DNA of 64,000 bases from Sphagnum compactum. Taxonomy: Eukaryota. Below the pieces are notes generated by a model. It did no database searches and had not been told where the DNA came from. It saw only the letters and a list, made by a program, of their open reading frames with translations. Below, piece after piece: positions 34,167 through 46,290 of the stretch; within the stretch, counting starts at the first letter, position 1, and every line of letters starts with the position of its first letter. Location of the stretch: positions 15,738,213 to 15,802,212 of the forward strand of contig OZ234493.1 in assembly GCA_965153455.1 (NCBI GenBank). Reading direction: 5' to 3'. The position numbers and the translations under genes were made by a program.

Positions 34167-37100
34167 TAGTGTTGGGCAGATATCTGGATATCATATTGGA
34201 TGTCACATTTCATATGTATTGGATATGACAAACTATAATATCCAAGCTGATATTCTGACTGTCGGATCTCAAGGTTATGAAGAAATCTTGGAACAGCAAA
34301 AGTTCCAAACCCAAGAAATTGAAGAAAACTCAAGTTTGTGAAATGAAGAAAGTAGAGTTCCAAAAAATGATTAGAAAAACTAAGCAAATTTTGGAACTAT
34401 TGCATTTCCAAAGGAAAAAGTGAAGGCCTCATAACAAGAATGCCTTATGTTCATTTTTATGTGCGAATGACAATGTAAAAGTGATATTTGATGCATCTCG
34501 AATTATGCATTATATGTTGTGTTATTTCAATTTTGTGCTTCTCTTTAACCCAAGAACAAAATTAAGGAAGAGTTTAATATCTTATTATAAGAAGTGGAAT
34601 AACATGTTGATGCAAACCATTTTAAAAATTTTGATTTTTTTTGAAAACGAAGTCAATTTTGTAGTGAGAGGAAGTTTATGTTTTTGCCTCTCCTTGAAAA
34701 GTGTCATTTTGCCTCTATTAGTTTTGGTCTTTGGATGTCCAAAGGTGCTTGTGATGTTTTTGCCTTGGTTACAATTTTATTGAAATATGATTGGAAGCCA
34801 AAGTATGTAATTATTCTTGGTTTGTTTGAAGCTTCTTAGACTACATGACAAGCATTGGCAAAAATATTGATCAATTTTTTGGATGAATATGGCTTGAGAA
34901 ATAAGATTACATAAAACTAACAATATCACAAAATTTCAATAAAATCCATGTGAAGATTGTATACCAATATGTTTGTGCAAAATCTGTGGGCTTCAACGTG
35001 TAAAAATGACATGAAAAATATATATATTATTTTTTTATAATTTATTTTTTTTACTTATGATGTTTTGATATAAACATCATAAGATTTACATTTTAACTAA
35101 ATCTATACAATTATCATGGTGTAATTTTGCATAAAACTATGCAATTTTTGTGTATTAAACATGAACATTCACGTATATCATTAAAAAACAAAGTGTCACT
35201 TATTTGAATATTTAAGATATTGAATATGTACAAATATAATTCATATAATTAACCATAGCATGAAATTCAAGCGATTTTTGTATGAACCTATGAAAACCAT
35301 ATTTCACATGAAATTTTTGCGAACCTATAAATCTTGGTAAGTTTGTGATGTATAATTAAAGATGAAGGTTCAAATTTGAATGCAATGATAAGTGTTTTCA
35401 AGTTTGTTATGAACTGTGAAATTTTAAGTTTGGAGGAGAGCTCCCAAGGAACATGTTTTCGACATGTTTTTTCCAAAGCTTACCAATGTGCCACCAAGAA
35501 TGAAAAGTTTCTATGGGTGTTAAATACATTTCCATAAAGTCTATCCAAATAGATTTATAGATATGCATCATGGCCAAAAAACTCTAATAAAGGCTAATAA
35601 GAATGGAACAAAGCTTGTATTGAAGTTCGTTTGAGGCCAAAAAAATTTAACATTATAATGAAAACTACGTCAATTTTGTGTTTGGACATTGTATTTTTTT
35701 GTTTTTATTTGTGTAAGATTTTTTATTTGTGGAATTTGCAAATTGTTTTGTTAATACTTAATTTATGGGTAGATGCACAATTGAGTGTCTCATTCACTAT
35801 TGTGACAAAATAATGTTTTTTTCCTGGGTTTCCTTTATTCAAATGCATATGGTGATTAATATATCTTTAGTTTTACTAATTGGGATTTGGATCTAAGCTA
35901 ACGATTTCATTATGAAGAGAATTGTGGGGCTATTTATTGATAGAAAATTCGTTTTAAAGTAGTAATGGACTTTGAAATTGAAAAATATGGATTGGTTGTT
36001 TGATTGGACCATCAGAAAATGAAAAAAATAATATTGATTCGCATTCCAAATTTTTTATTGAGATTCAATATATGATGTAATACAAGATGATAAATTCATA
36101 TGAGGAATCTTTTATTTGAAAACCTTAACCATTTGATAGTTAAGGGATTTTTGAATGGTTAAAATTCGACCATATTTTCATAAGTCTATATGAGTTGCAA
36201 TTTTGTTTGTTTTTCAATTTCTTTGTCCCAAAAGCATATTTTTTGCAAGCTTTACATGGGTCATTATTCATCTAGACTTGGTGGGTTTTCCTTTTTGAAC
36301 TTTCAAATGTAAAAATGACATCAGCTACATTAAATACAAGTTTTCACATAAATTTGGGAAGGTTGTAGGTGATTGAACATGTATTATTCAAAGATTATAA
36401 TAATAATTTTTTAAAAAGTATCAACCATGTCCATTTGAATCATTTAAGAAAATATTATGTGGATTTATGGGGAATGTAGTTTCTATTGATATTGAAACAC
36501 TCAATCTTGAATTCACCTTTATAATTGGAAGTTTGCAAATGAATTCATATTGTTTTAAAAAGCATTATAATTCAAAGTAGTAATTATTTTATATTGTAGT
36601 TGCTAAACATCAATGAAAATTATTGGTCATGTGCTTCGACCATTATTTTGGGATGTCTTTCAAAAGATTATGGACTTAGTTTTTTTAGTTGTGAGTAGTT
36701 GTGTGTTTAAGAAATCTTGTGGGAATTGGTTAATTTATAATACCTTGCATGTAGCAATTATTATGGCCTTGAAATTAAAAGAATATTTTGGAATAGCACC
36801 CTCTATGGCTAATATTATGGAAAATGATATGGTTATGGTTATGGAATTGTTGATGTTTCTTTCAACATTAAGAAACAAGATATATGACGTTATAATTTTG
36901 TTTCTTTCATTTTTATTGAAGTATGAATAAAAGAAACCCATAACATGTTATTTTTAATATCAGACCTAAAATTCAAAAATCTTAGGTTGGGATTTTTTTG
37001 TTGGTAAAAAATAATTTATTTTTATGGTGAAAGATTATCATGAATAATGTTTGTTTCTAATGCTATTGAAATGCCACCATGTATTTTCACCTTGTGTTGG

Positions 37101-37769
37101 AATATAAAACTATGGTCGATGAACTAAATGATGAAGATTCTTGTTTTAACTTCTTTTAAATGACTGCTAAGATTAATGAACTAATCAAGAAATTGACAAA
37201 TGATTTTAAGGTGGGTTATTTTTCACCTATCATCTTCATAAAGTTGATTAAAATTAATGATTCTTTAGAAAACCTAAAAGAATATGAGGGTGAATTTGAA
37301 CATAATGGGCTTGTGGACATGTAATTTGGAATTTATAATTTTATCCAAGCTTCATATATAGGTTTTGTATTGAAATTCTTGAACCTTGTTATGTGGACTA
37401 TGATAATTGCCTTAAAGATTTGATAGATATATATATTTTAGATGATACCAAAAGTGTGAAATCCAGATTTTGATTTTTTTTAAAAAAGTTTCGTATCCTT
37501 AAAGGATATTATAATTTAAAAATTATAATTAAATCTAAAAATCCGACCTAGTTCTTAAAAATCATCTTAAAAAATTGAAGTTGATGAATGTAATTTGATA
37601 TATACAACAAAAGGTGTCCCTATACACCAAATGATTTCACTAGTTCTGAGTGAATTCACTGGTCTTAATAAACGGGGACTAGTTGGAAAGTAATGAATTC
37701 ACTGGTTTAATGAATAGGGATTAATGAACTACACCCATATTTTGTAGTAATGATATCCACCCAACATTA
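34167..37769 (+). mobile_element. Decayed hAT transposon with transposase pseudogene and nested insertions
   Basis: Left TIR TAGTGTTGGGCAGATATC; right GATATCCACCCAACATTA. Transposase remnants include CHFASISFGLWMSKGACDVFALV...LFEAS*TT*QALAKIL..FLDEYGLRNKI (~34702-34908), IKDEGSNLNAM...GTCFRHVFSKA (CxxH motif, ~35355-35480) and an LDPRFK-like ISDLKFKNL (~36960). In-frame stops are present and no TSD was found. Confidence 0.75.
35762..36445. repeat. ~680-bp element inserted in the hAT relic; inverted copy at ~41008-41685
   Basis: For example GATTCAATATATGATGTAATACAAGATGATAAATTCATATGAGGAATCTTT is the reverse complement (1 mismatch) of the sequence at ~41341-41392. Similarity is continuous over the whole span. 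Confidence 0.8.
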
Positions 37770-39276
37770 GTAATACATGTATGAGTGGATGATTAAAGTG
37801 GACTAACACCTTTCACCTTTTTGAATGATGTTTCATAACAAAAATGTTAAACCTAAAAAATGTTAGATTTGGATTCAAAGACCTTGATTTAGTTCAAACA
37901 TGGGATATTTGTAATATTTAGAATTAATTCAAATGAATTTTGGGATTTTTTCCTTGGTATCAATTTGGTTGTTAGTTCACCCAAGGTGAATATCATACAA
38001 GAAGAAGGTTGGGAATGATTAAATGTCCAAGAAATTACTATGTGAATAGGTAACTAGCTAAACCAATAGGTGGTTAATAAATAAGTAAATATCAATTTCT
38101 TGTTCATTTTATTGACTTTTAGACCTAACCTATGGATCTTTCACACACACACACACACACACACATTGCAAGGAAGGATATGTATTTAGAATTAAAAATA
38201 AAAATATTTCGACAACACGTTACACATTCAAATTTTTTTTCTTTGCTAGTTACAAATAGTCTAGTTTTCAATTTTTAAAACATTATGGATATGCACAAAG
38301 GTTATGCATACCAAATTTTCAATTCTTGTTCTTAAAAAAATTACAAGAGTACAACCTAACCTCCTAAAACAAAAACAACATGAGCTTGACATCAAGAGTT
38401 GGAGCTAAAAAAATGAAAAAAACACCAAACAAGTAGCTTAAAAAATGTCAAAACAAACATCAATGAAAAAAAACCAAGGAGCTTAGAAAAGTGTTGGTAC
38501 CCATTTTGTTGCCATGAAAAAGGAGAAAGTGCCATGAGGGTTCTGGTTCTTCCTAAACCCTAAATTCTCAAAATCCCAAATGGCCAAATATGTATTTTGA
38601 ATTGACCCCCTTTGGACAGATATGGTAACACATAAGGATAAAACTTAGGTTGCCATCCGACATATGTGTATCACAATGGATATGAAGGGAAAAAACGAAG
38701 CTCGAATGTGGTTTTATCCACATTTGACAATTATGCATATTGATATCCAAGTTTTTCTCAATATCTAAAAAACACTAATAAATGCTAGTGTTGGCTAGTT
38801 CTTTACTTCTATGTCGAACCTTTAATTCCAATTTGAAAAATTAAATTAAAATAATTGGAGTTTCAACTATGGTTCCACATGACATGAATTGAATTGGGAA
38901 TCTAGTTATGGGTCCAATTTTTCAAAAAAATTATGGTTTTGGTTTTAATATATATTGAAACTTAGACTTGGTCCCAGGTAACCCAAATTATAACTAGTGA
39001 TTGGTTTTTTATTAACCTTTGGTTAGCCCTCAATTCAAATCTTTTAGAAAAAAATATAGATCTTAATTTTGGAACTACTTGCCAAAGTGGGTTACCCTCA
39101 AAACTAGTTTGGTTGTAGCCAATGTTGGTATCACATGGTGTTTTCTAAGTACCATATCTAATGGTGATTTCTTTTGTGGTGAATTTTCATTATTTTGTGA
39201 TTAAAGATAAACTTGTAATTCGATTGATATGTTAACATGGTGTGGACAGCAAAAGGCACCAAAGGCCTTCCTTTAT

Positions 39277-39912
39277 GGGTGAACCCATCCTTGGGTGGTA
39301 TTGCTAGGAATGGTTAAGAAATAAAAAACAACCAAATTATTTTCATGGGCCCTTTCTTTTAAATGTTTTCACAACTATAAATTATTATTTTTTCATGTTT
39401 ATCAATTGCAAGCACTAATATATGGCTTGATGTTTATTTGGGAACTAAAAAATTAAAAAGTTTTAAAAATTTGTATTCCTAATTAAAATGGCCCCTTAAA
39501 AAATCAATAGCCTCAACTTTGGAAATTCATAAAAAATATATATTTAATCAATTAATTTCCTAATAAAACCCTAAAAATAGAAGGATTTCCAAATTACATT
39601 GAGAAAAAAATTCCCAATAAAGATTTTAAATCATGTTTCAAATTTGTGTTCCTAACCAAAAAGTTCAAGGGAAAAAACCAATGTTACATTTCATGAAATC
39701 TTTTATAAATGCAATGATTAGGAACATCAAAATACATAATATTATTAATATTATTCAGATTTCAAAATCCATGGAACCTAATAAATGTATTCATTAAAAA
39801 AACTTTATGAAAATATTTATTCAAATGTTTTTTATGATTTTTCAAAGTTCGATGGGTCCAGGAAAATCAAGTGTAACATTCCTAGTGGTACCACCCAAGG
39901 ATGGGTTTACCC
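39277..39912. mobile_element. MITE with 36-bp TIRs and apparent 4-bp TTAT target-site duplication
   Basis: GGGTGAACCCATCCTTGGGTGGTATTGCTAGGAATG and CATTCCTAGTGGTACCACCCAAGGATGGGTTTACCC. TTAT lies at 39273-39276 and 39913-39916. The interior is AT-rich. Confidence 0.85.
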
Positions 39913-41007
39913 TTATCATTGTTATTTTCCTTTTATAAATAGAGAATGTTGGTTGCATTGCAGAGCACGTAGGTGCCTCCATTTCGAGACAAGAGGGTTA
40001 TTACATGAGAGGGTTCTTCTAGGCTAGGAGTTTTATCGGGTTTACCTCCCCTTTCTTTAGTTGATTTGCTTCATGTGAATGGTGGAAGGTTTGGTTCTTA
40101 GTGCTTCCTTGTTCTCCTTATGGCCCACCTTTGTTGGGTTGTTTGCTTGCTTAAACTTCAGTCCTTGCACTTTGTTTCTTTTTCTCTCCCTTTTTTGGGT
40201 TTTTTAAAAAATAAAATTTGGGAGGGTTTCATCAATGTAATGTAAACTTGAATTTTAAAAAAATACTTGCAGAAAGTTCAACTGTACAAAATTCTTGGGT
40301 TTAAATTTATATATATCAATGTCACATGTGGTTTTGTTATTTTTGCTACATATCTTTGGGTTGGGGTATGATTATACAAAAACAAAGTTTTGTGATAAAT
40401 GGGTGTAGTCACAATAACACGAACCATAATAAGTGTAATGCTTGTTTGATTTTTTCATGTTTTAAAGTCGTAATTCAATTTGATGTTGAAATTGTAAGAT
40501 TTGTTCATATAGTTGTATTTTTAACATGGGAACATGTGAATTAATTTGAAATTAATCCAATGAATAGAAATTTAACAAAAACACACATTAAACATTGTAA
40601 CATTTGCTTTTAAGTAGTAAAAAGACTTGTAAATGGATTTCAATTTTTTTGAAAATGATATTTTTTGCCAAATTTTTAACATGAACTTTAATAAAATAGT
40701 ATGATGAAAATTATAAAATTTTAAAAATATTTTTTCGAAAACTTTTTCAAGAATATTTTAAGAATATTTCCCCAAAAGCAATCAAAAAGTAGGTAGGTGT
40801 GCTTCATGTTATCCCATTTGCACCCAAATGAGTAAGATTTAGGCATCCTTTATCATATACCTTTTTTTCTGGTAAGAAAGGACTATCTAATTAAATAATT
40901 TACGTAACTAAAAATGAAAAGAATATTCACATTTGAATGAATGCATGGTATATAGGCTTAATATTGGCAAAAATTACACTCCCTAAAAATCCATACAAGA
41001 TTTTTTT

Positions 41008-41685
41008 TATGATTCAAATGGACATGGTTCTCATTTTTAAAAAATTATTATTTTAATCTTTGAATAATATATGTTCAATCACCTACAAACCTTCCCAAAT
41101 CTATGTGAAAACTTGTATTTAATGTAACTAATGTCATTGTTTAAATTTGGAAGTCCTAAAACGAAAACCCATAAAGTCCATTTGAATAAATGCCCCATGT
41201 AAAGCTTTCAAAAAAAATTGCTTTTGGGACAAAAAAATTGAAAAACAAACAAAAATGCAACTCATATGGACTTATGAAAATATGGTCAAATTTTAACCAT
41301 TCAAAAGTCCCTAACTATTAAACGGTTAAGGTTTTCAAGGAAAAGATTCCTCATATGAATTTATCATCTTATATTACATCATATATTGAATCTCAATAAC
41401 AAATTTGGAATGTGAATCATTTATTTTTTTCCCATTTTGTGATGTTCTAGTTAGACGACTAGCCCATTTTTTTGACTTCAAAAGTCCATTATTACTAACA
41501 AATGAGTTTTTTATCAATAAATAGTCACATAGTTATCTTCAAAATGAAATTATATATTTAGATCCAAGTCTTAATTAGTAGATCTAAAGATATATTAATC
41601 ACCATATGCATTTGAGTAAAGGGTACCTAAGGAAAAAACACCATTTTGTCACAAAAGTGAGCCACCATAACTTGCATCTACCCAT
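41008..41685. repeat. Inverted copy of the 35762-36445 element
   Basis: Reverse-complement colinearity with 35762-36445. Confidence 0.8.
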
Positions 41686-42544
41686 TTTGAAAATTTTAAT
41701 ACAATTTTTAAAGGTCAAATCCCATGTCAAAATACAACTATAAGTGTTCAATTCATTCTTGACTACAACTAGATATACAAACACACACATTTTGGTCCTC
41801 CCTAGTATGTTCTCTTGGCATGTCAATTTTATCCCATATGGTTTGCCCAAAAATTTTCCCTTCTCCCTTATATAAGTGAACCAAAAGAAAGGCATTACAT
41901 CTTCAAGGTCACATAAAATCTTCTATTTAAAGGAGATTTCAAAGTTGTAATTTTTTTCATTTTTTTATGATGGGCAAATGGTTGAAATCTTGCAAAAAAA
42001 AAGAGGAAAAAACACTTGAGAGTCTCTCCTGTCTAATTAATAAAACTAACAAAGTTTAAGGTTTAAATCCTATTTTCTTTTTTTTACCTAAATGTCAAAA
42101 CATAGATGACTTTGAATATAGATACCTAGTTCTTACATGTATCTAGGGTTATGAATAGGGTATAATTTCACAGGGGTTGCATACCCTTGGCTATGTATGT
42201 CATTAAGGTATAAGGTAGAGAGGCTGGTCATAATACACTTAAAAACACAAAGGAACTTGGCAATCTCATGTGACCTCGATTGCCTCTAAGGTTTAAATAT
42301 GGATTGTAAAGAAGGTTTGGGCACACCTAATGCACTTTAGATTGTGCAATTTGGACTTCAAACGTAAAAGTATGGGCTCTAAAAGGTCTCAACCTCATTG
42401 CCCAAAAAAAATAATCATTAAACATGAAACCTACCTATGTTCAAACATTGCATATCCTATCAACGAACATTGTAGCACTAACACTTGTCACAAATCTTGC
42501 TTATAAGCAAACATTAACATAAGCAAATCGATCATACATTGTTT

Positions 42545-44200
42545 TAGTCTTCAATTCTTGGCCCTCTTGCATTATGTTGATCCTCAACTCTTGGCCTTCT
42601 TGCATTGCACTACTCTTCTTGGCCTTTTGGTGCTTTTCCTCAACTTTTGGCCCTCTTGCATTGCATTGCTCCTTTATTCTTGGCCTTCTTGTGTTGCTCC
42701 TCAACTTTTAGCCTTCTTGCATTCTGCAAGTCAACTTTTGGCCCTTTTGCATTACACTATTCTTCAACTCTTAGCCTAGTTCTTGCATTGTGTTGCTCTT
42801 CAGCTCTTGACCTTCTTGCACTAATCCTTAGCTCTTGACCCTTTTGACCTTCTTGCACTACCCCTCAATTCATCTTCAACAATAGCTATTGTTTTTTTCT
42901 CTCTTTGTTCATTCTCAGTAGTAGCAACTATTCCTCTCTTTTCTCTTTAGTCATTCTCTATTGTTTTTCTTACTCTTCTTCTTTGTCTTTTGTTCATTCT
43001 CATTAGCAATTGTTAGTGCTAATGAGAATTGTTATTCTTTTTCCTTTATTCATTGTTAGTAATAACTACTAGTGCTCCTCTAATTTTTCCTTTATTCATT
43101 TTTAGCAATAGTTGCTAGTGTTTTTCTTCTATGTCCTTTGTTCCTTCTCACTAGCAGCTATTAGTGCTCTTTTTCTCTAAACAAAAAGTTCTTCTTATGT
43201 GTACCTTGTTCATTCTCAACAGTTGTTCTGTTCTTTTTTTCTTTCCTTTGTACATTCTTAATAGCAACTATTATTGTTCCTCTTTTCTACCATTTATTCA
43301 TTCACAACTATTGTTCCTTTTTTTTTTGTCCTTTGTTCATTCTCAACAACTGTTGTTATTGCTTTTTTTTGTCCTTTGTACATTCTTAGCAACAACTATT
43401 GTTGCTCCTCTTCTCTATCCTTTGTTCATTCATAGTTAATGTTCCTATTCTTTTGCCTATGTTCATTTTTAACATTAAACGCTACTACTTATTTTTCCTA
43501 TCCATAGCTATTGCTCCTTTTCTCTGGCCTATGTTCATTTTTAACATTACATTATTACTCCTCTTTTCTATCCTTTGTTTATTCATAGTTGTTGTTACTT
43601 TTCTTTGCCCTATGTTCATTTTTAGCATTAAACGCTATTACTTTTTTTTTCTATCCTTTGTTCATTCATAACTATTGCTCCTCTTTTCTAACTTGTGTTC
43701 ATTTTTAACATTATGCTAGAACTCCTCTTCTCTATCTTTTGTTCATTCATAGTTGAATTGTTCCTTTTTTCTATCGTGTGTTCATTTTTAACATTATGTT
43801 ACTACTCCCTTTTTTGTCCATTGTACATTCTTAACAATAGTTGTTATTACTACTTTTTCTATCCTTTGTTCATTGAGAGTTGCTACTTTTTTTCTTTGTC
43901 CTTTGTTCAGTTTTAGTAGCAGTTACGGTTGCTCCTTTTATTTGTCCATTGTACATTCTCAAGAGCAATTGTTGTTGCTCATTTTTTTATCCTTTGTTCA
44001 TTCAAAATTGTTGTTCCTCTTCTTTGTCCTTTGTTCATCAGCAATAACTATTATTGCTCTTCTTCTTTGTCCTTTGTACATTTTCACAAATAGTTATTGC
44101 TACTCATCTTCTAATTTATTTTTTCAAACTCACCAACAACTACAGCTCCCCTTTTCTATCCTCTTGTCCATTTCTAGTAATTGTTGGTGATCTTTTCTTA
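42545..44200. repeat. Two adjacent degenerate minisatellites: (TTGGCCTTCTTGCATTG...)n, then (TCCTTTGTTCATTCT...)n
   Basis: ~30-bp units at 42545-42860 and ~35-45-bp pyrimidine-rich units at 42860-44200. They generate the spurious F/L-rich ORFs in the track. Confidence 0.8.
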
Positions 44201-44296
44201 CTCATCCTTAGCAATGTTTCAACTCCTCTTGACACTTGTTCATCTTCAATCTAACCCCCTGTTGTTTTTTTTCATCATATTCTATTTCATTGAAGA

Positions 44297-46290
44297 TCAA
44301 ACCCCCACACCCACCCTTTTAACTTCAATTATGTGTTTGAGGTCATTGCAAGGATGCTCCAACTTCCTTTCTGGCTTGGATTTGAACCATGGTTCATTGT
44401 TGGCTTGTTTTTGTCCGTTTATTGTTGAACCAAGGTTCACACCCCTATATCTAAGAGGGTCAGCTTGCATACTTGCCTTGAAATTACGGTGAAATCTGTC
44501 TCCTACGTCTCTAATTGCTGAAGATGACCAAGTAACAATGAAATTGGCTTGTTGTTGTTTTGCAAGTTCTTTTTTAGCTTGTCTTTCAACTATGATCAAT
44601 GTTATAAATGTTTTAATTCTTGCTTGCTTGTCTTGCCTTTCCTTCCTTCTACTTTCTCTAATTTGTTCTGTTGCCTCGTTATCCAATGCCTTTCATTGCT
44701 TAATGTTTAAATACTCTTTTGAAGTCACAACATGGCTTTGAAAATAATCCATTAATGGTTTTCTTCCATTGGTCCTTCTTGCATGTAGATGTGGCAATGA
44801 TAGCAAATTGTGACAATAATGTGCCAATGCCTCTTGAATTGAACTTTCTAAATTTCTAAATTTTATAGCTTCATCTAATGAAGGTTGCTCCAAATTCTCA
44901 ACCATGTTTTTTGATTCTATTACAAATGCATGGTTAGTGATTATAGGAATCCTAGGCATGTTCACATAATACCTAAAATGGTGATCCTCAAATAGACCAT
45001 CAGTTGTAATTTCTATTGTCAAGCCTATGTTGATGAGTTTTTTTGCAATTGCATGTTCTATCCATTGCTACTCACCATCCTCTTCATTTGAATGATAGTC
45101 ATCATCATCTTTTTCCCTGGTCTAATTCACCAATGTGTATAAAGTACTAGGATTAGTTTTTTCATCCATGGCTGTAGGGTTAAATGGTGAAATCCTTGTA
45201 CCTTTGAACCCTGACATGATATTTTTTCTTGTAAATGTTTGTCCAAAGCTTTGTCTACCCACCCTACCAAGGCTATTTTATTTAGTTCAATGTAATTCCT
45301 ACTAAACATTGTTGTGTTTCTTTCCCTTTTAAAAACAGTCTTGAAATAAGCCACAATATTTAAAGGTTGAAGTGCATGTGATGTATGCAAAGGTAAAGTG
45401 ATCATATCTAGCTCAATTTTTTTAACTTGTTCAGTTGTTTCAAAGGTGACATGGGATCCATGCCCATCCAAGATGTGAAAATGCCTATTTGTTAGGGATA
45501 TTTCACCTAGTATTGACCTTTTGAAAAATGATAGAAATTCCTTAAAAAGGTAGGTAGTCATCCATGTTTTTGATTTCATAGCATACAAGTTCTTGGTTTG
45601 TAGAGTTGAATATAATCATCACCTATCCTTTCTTCTCTAAATATGTAAAACCTTGACAGTGTTATCCTAGTTGCATTAACAACGCAATTAATAGTCAACC
45701 ACTCCTCGGACTTTACTATAATGTTGTACAACTGGTGTGAACCTCATTTTGTTAAAACCTTTACTCCTAATTGAATTCTTGCTTGGATGCCTATTTCATT
45801 ATAATTCCAGATGTGATCTACAACATAATTATATCTGTTGTAAAAGGATTGTAAATTTTGGTAGAAAATTTGGCAAGATTAGGTTGTTAATCCTTGTGCT
45901 TCGCTAATATCGAAACCCTCAACTTGGTGAATGTTGATCTCAAGATGTCTCTACTTGAACCAGTACCACCAAAAAGTCCCTAATATTCTTCTTCAAAAAG
46001 TTGTTGGCCTTGTCTAAGTGAATTTTACCACTTTCATTTTTAACTATTGCAAGCTAATTGATAGCCCAACTTCTTGCACAAACAAAACCCAAGCAACCAT
46101 AGCTTAATTTTCTTTTACTATTAGCAGACCTACTGGTCCAAGTTTCTTAGATTTTGTTTTCCCATACAAGTGATCAAACAATAAGGTAAGAAGTATGTTC
46201 CAATGCATATTTGCCTTCTTCAATGAAGTTGTCCCATTTTCAATTACATCCATGACCTCCTCAAATGCTCATTCTAGTCCATTTGCCTCT
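44297..46290 (-). mobile_element. pogo/Tigger-type (Tc1-mariner superfamily, DDE_1) transposase pseudogene
   Basis: KTWMT..LF..FL, HILDGHGSH and LPLHTSHALQPLN motifs in ORF 45127-45588. An upstream CENP-B-type HTH remnant (RGKWT..EHLEEVMDVIENGTTSLKKA...WWYWFK*RH) lies at ~45950-46290. There are multiple stops and frameshifts. Confidence 0.85.

Noticed and set aside
43164..44254. Multiple hydrophobic ORFs resembling membrane proteins
   Set aside because: They are translations of a T-rich minisatellite in several frames.
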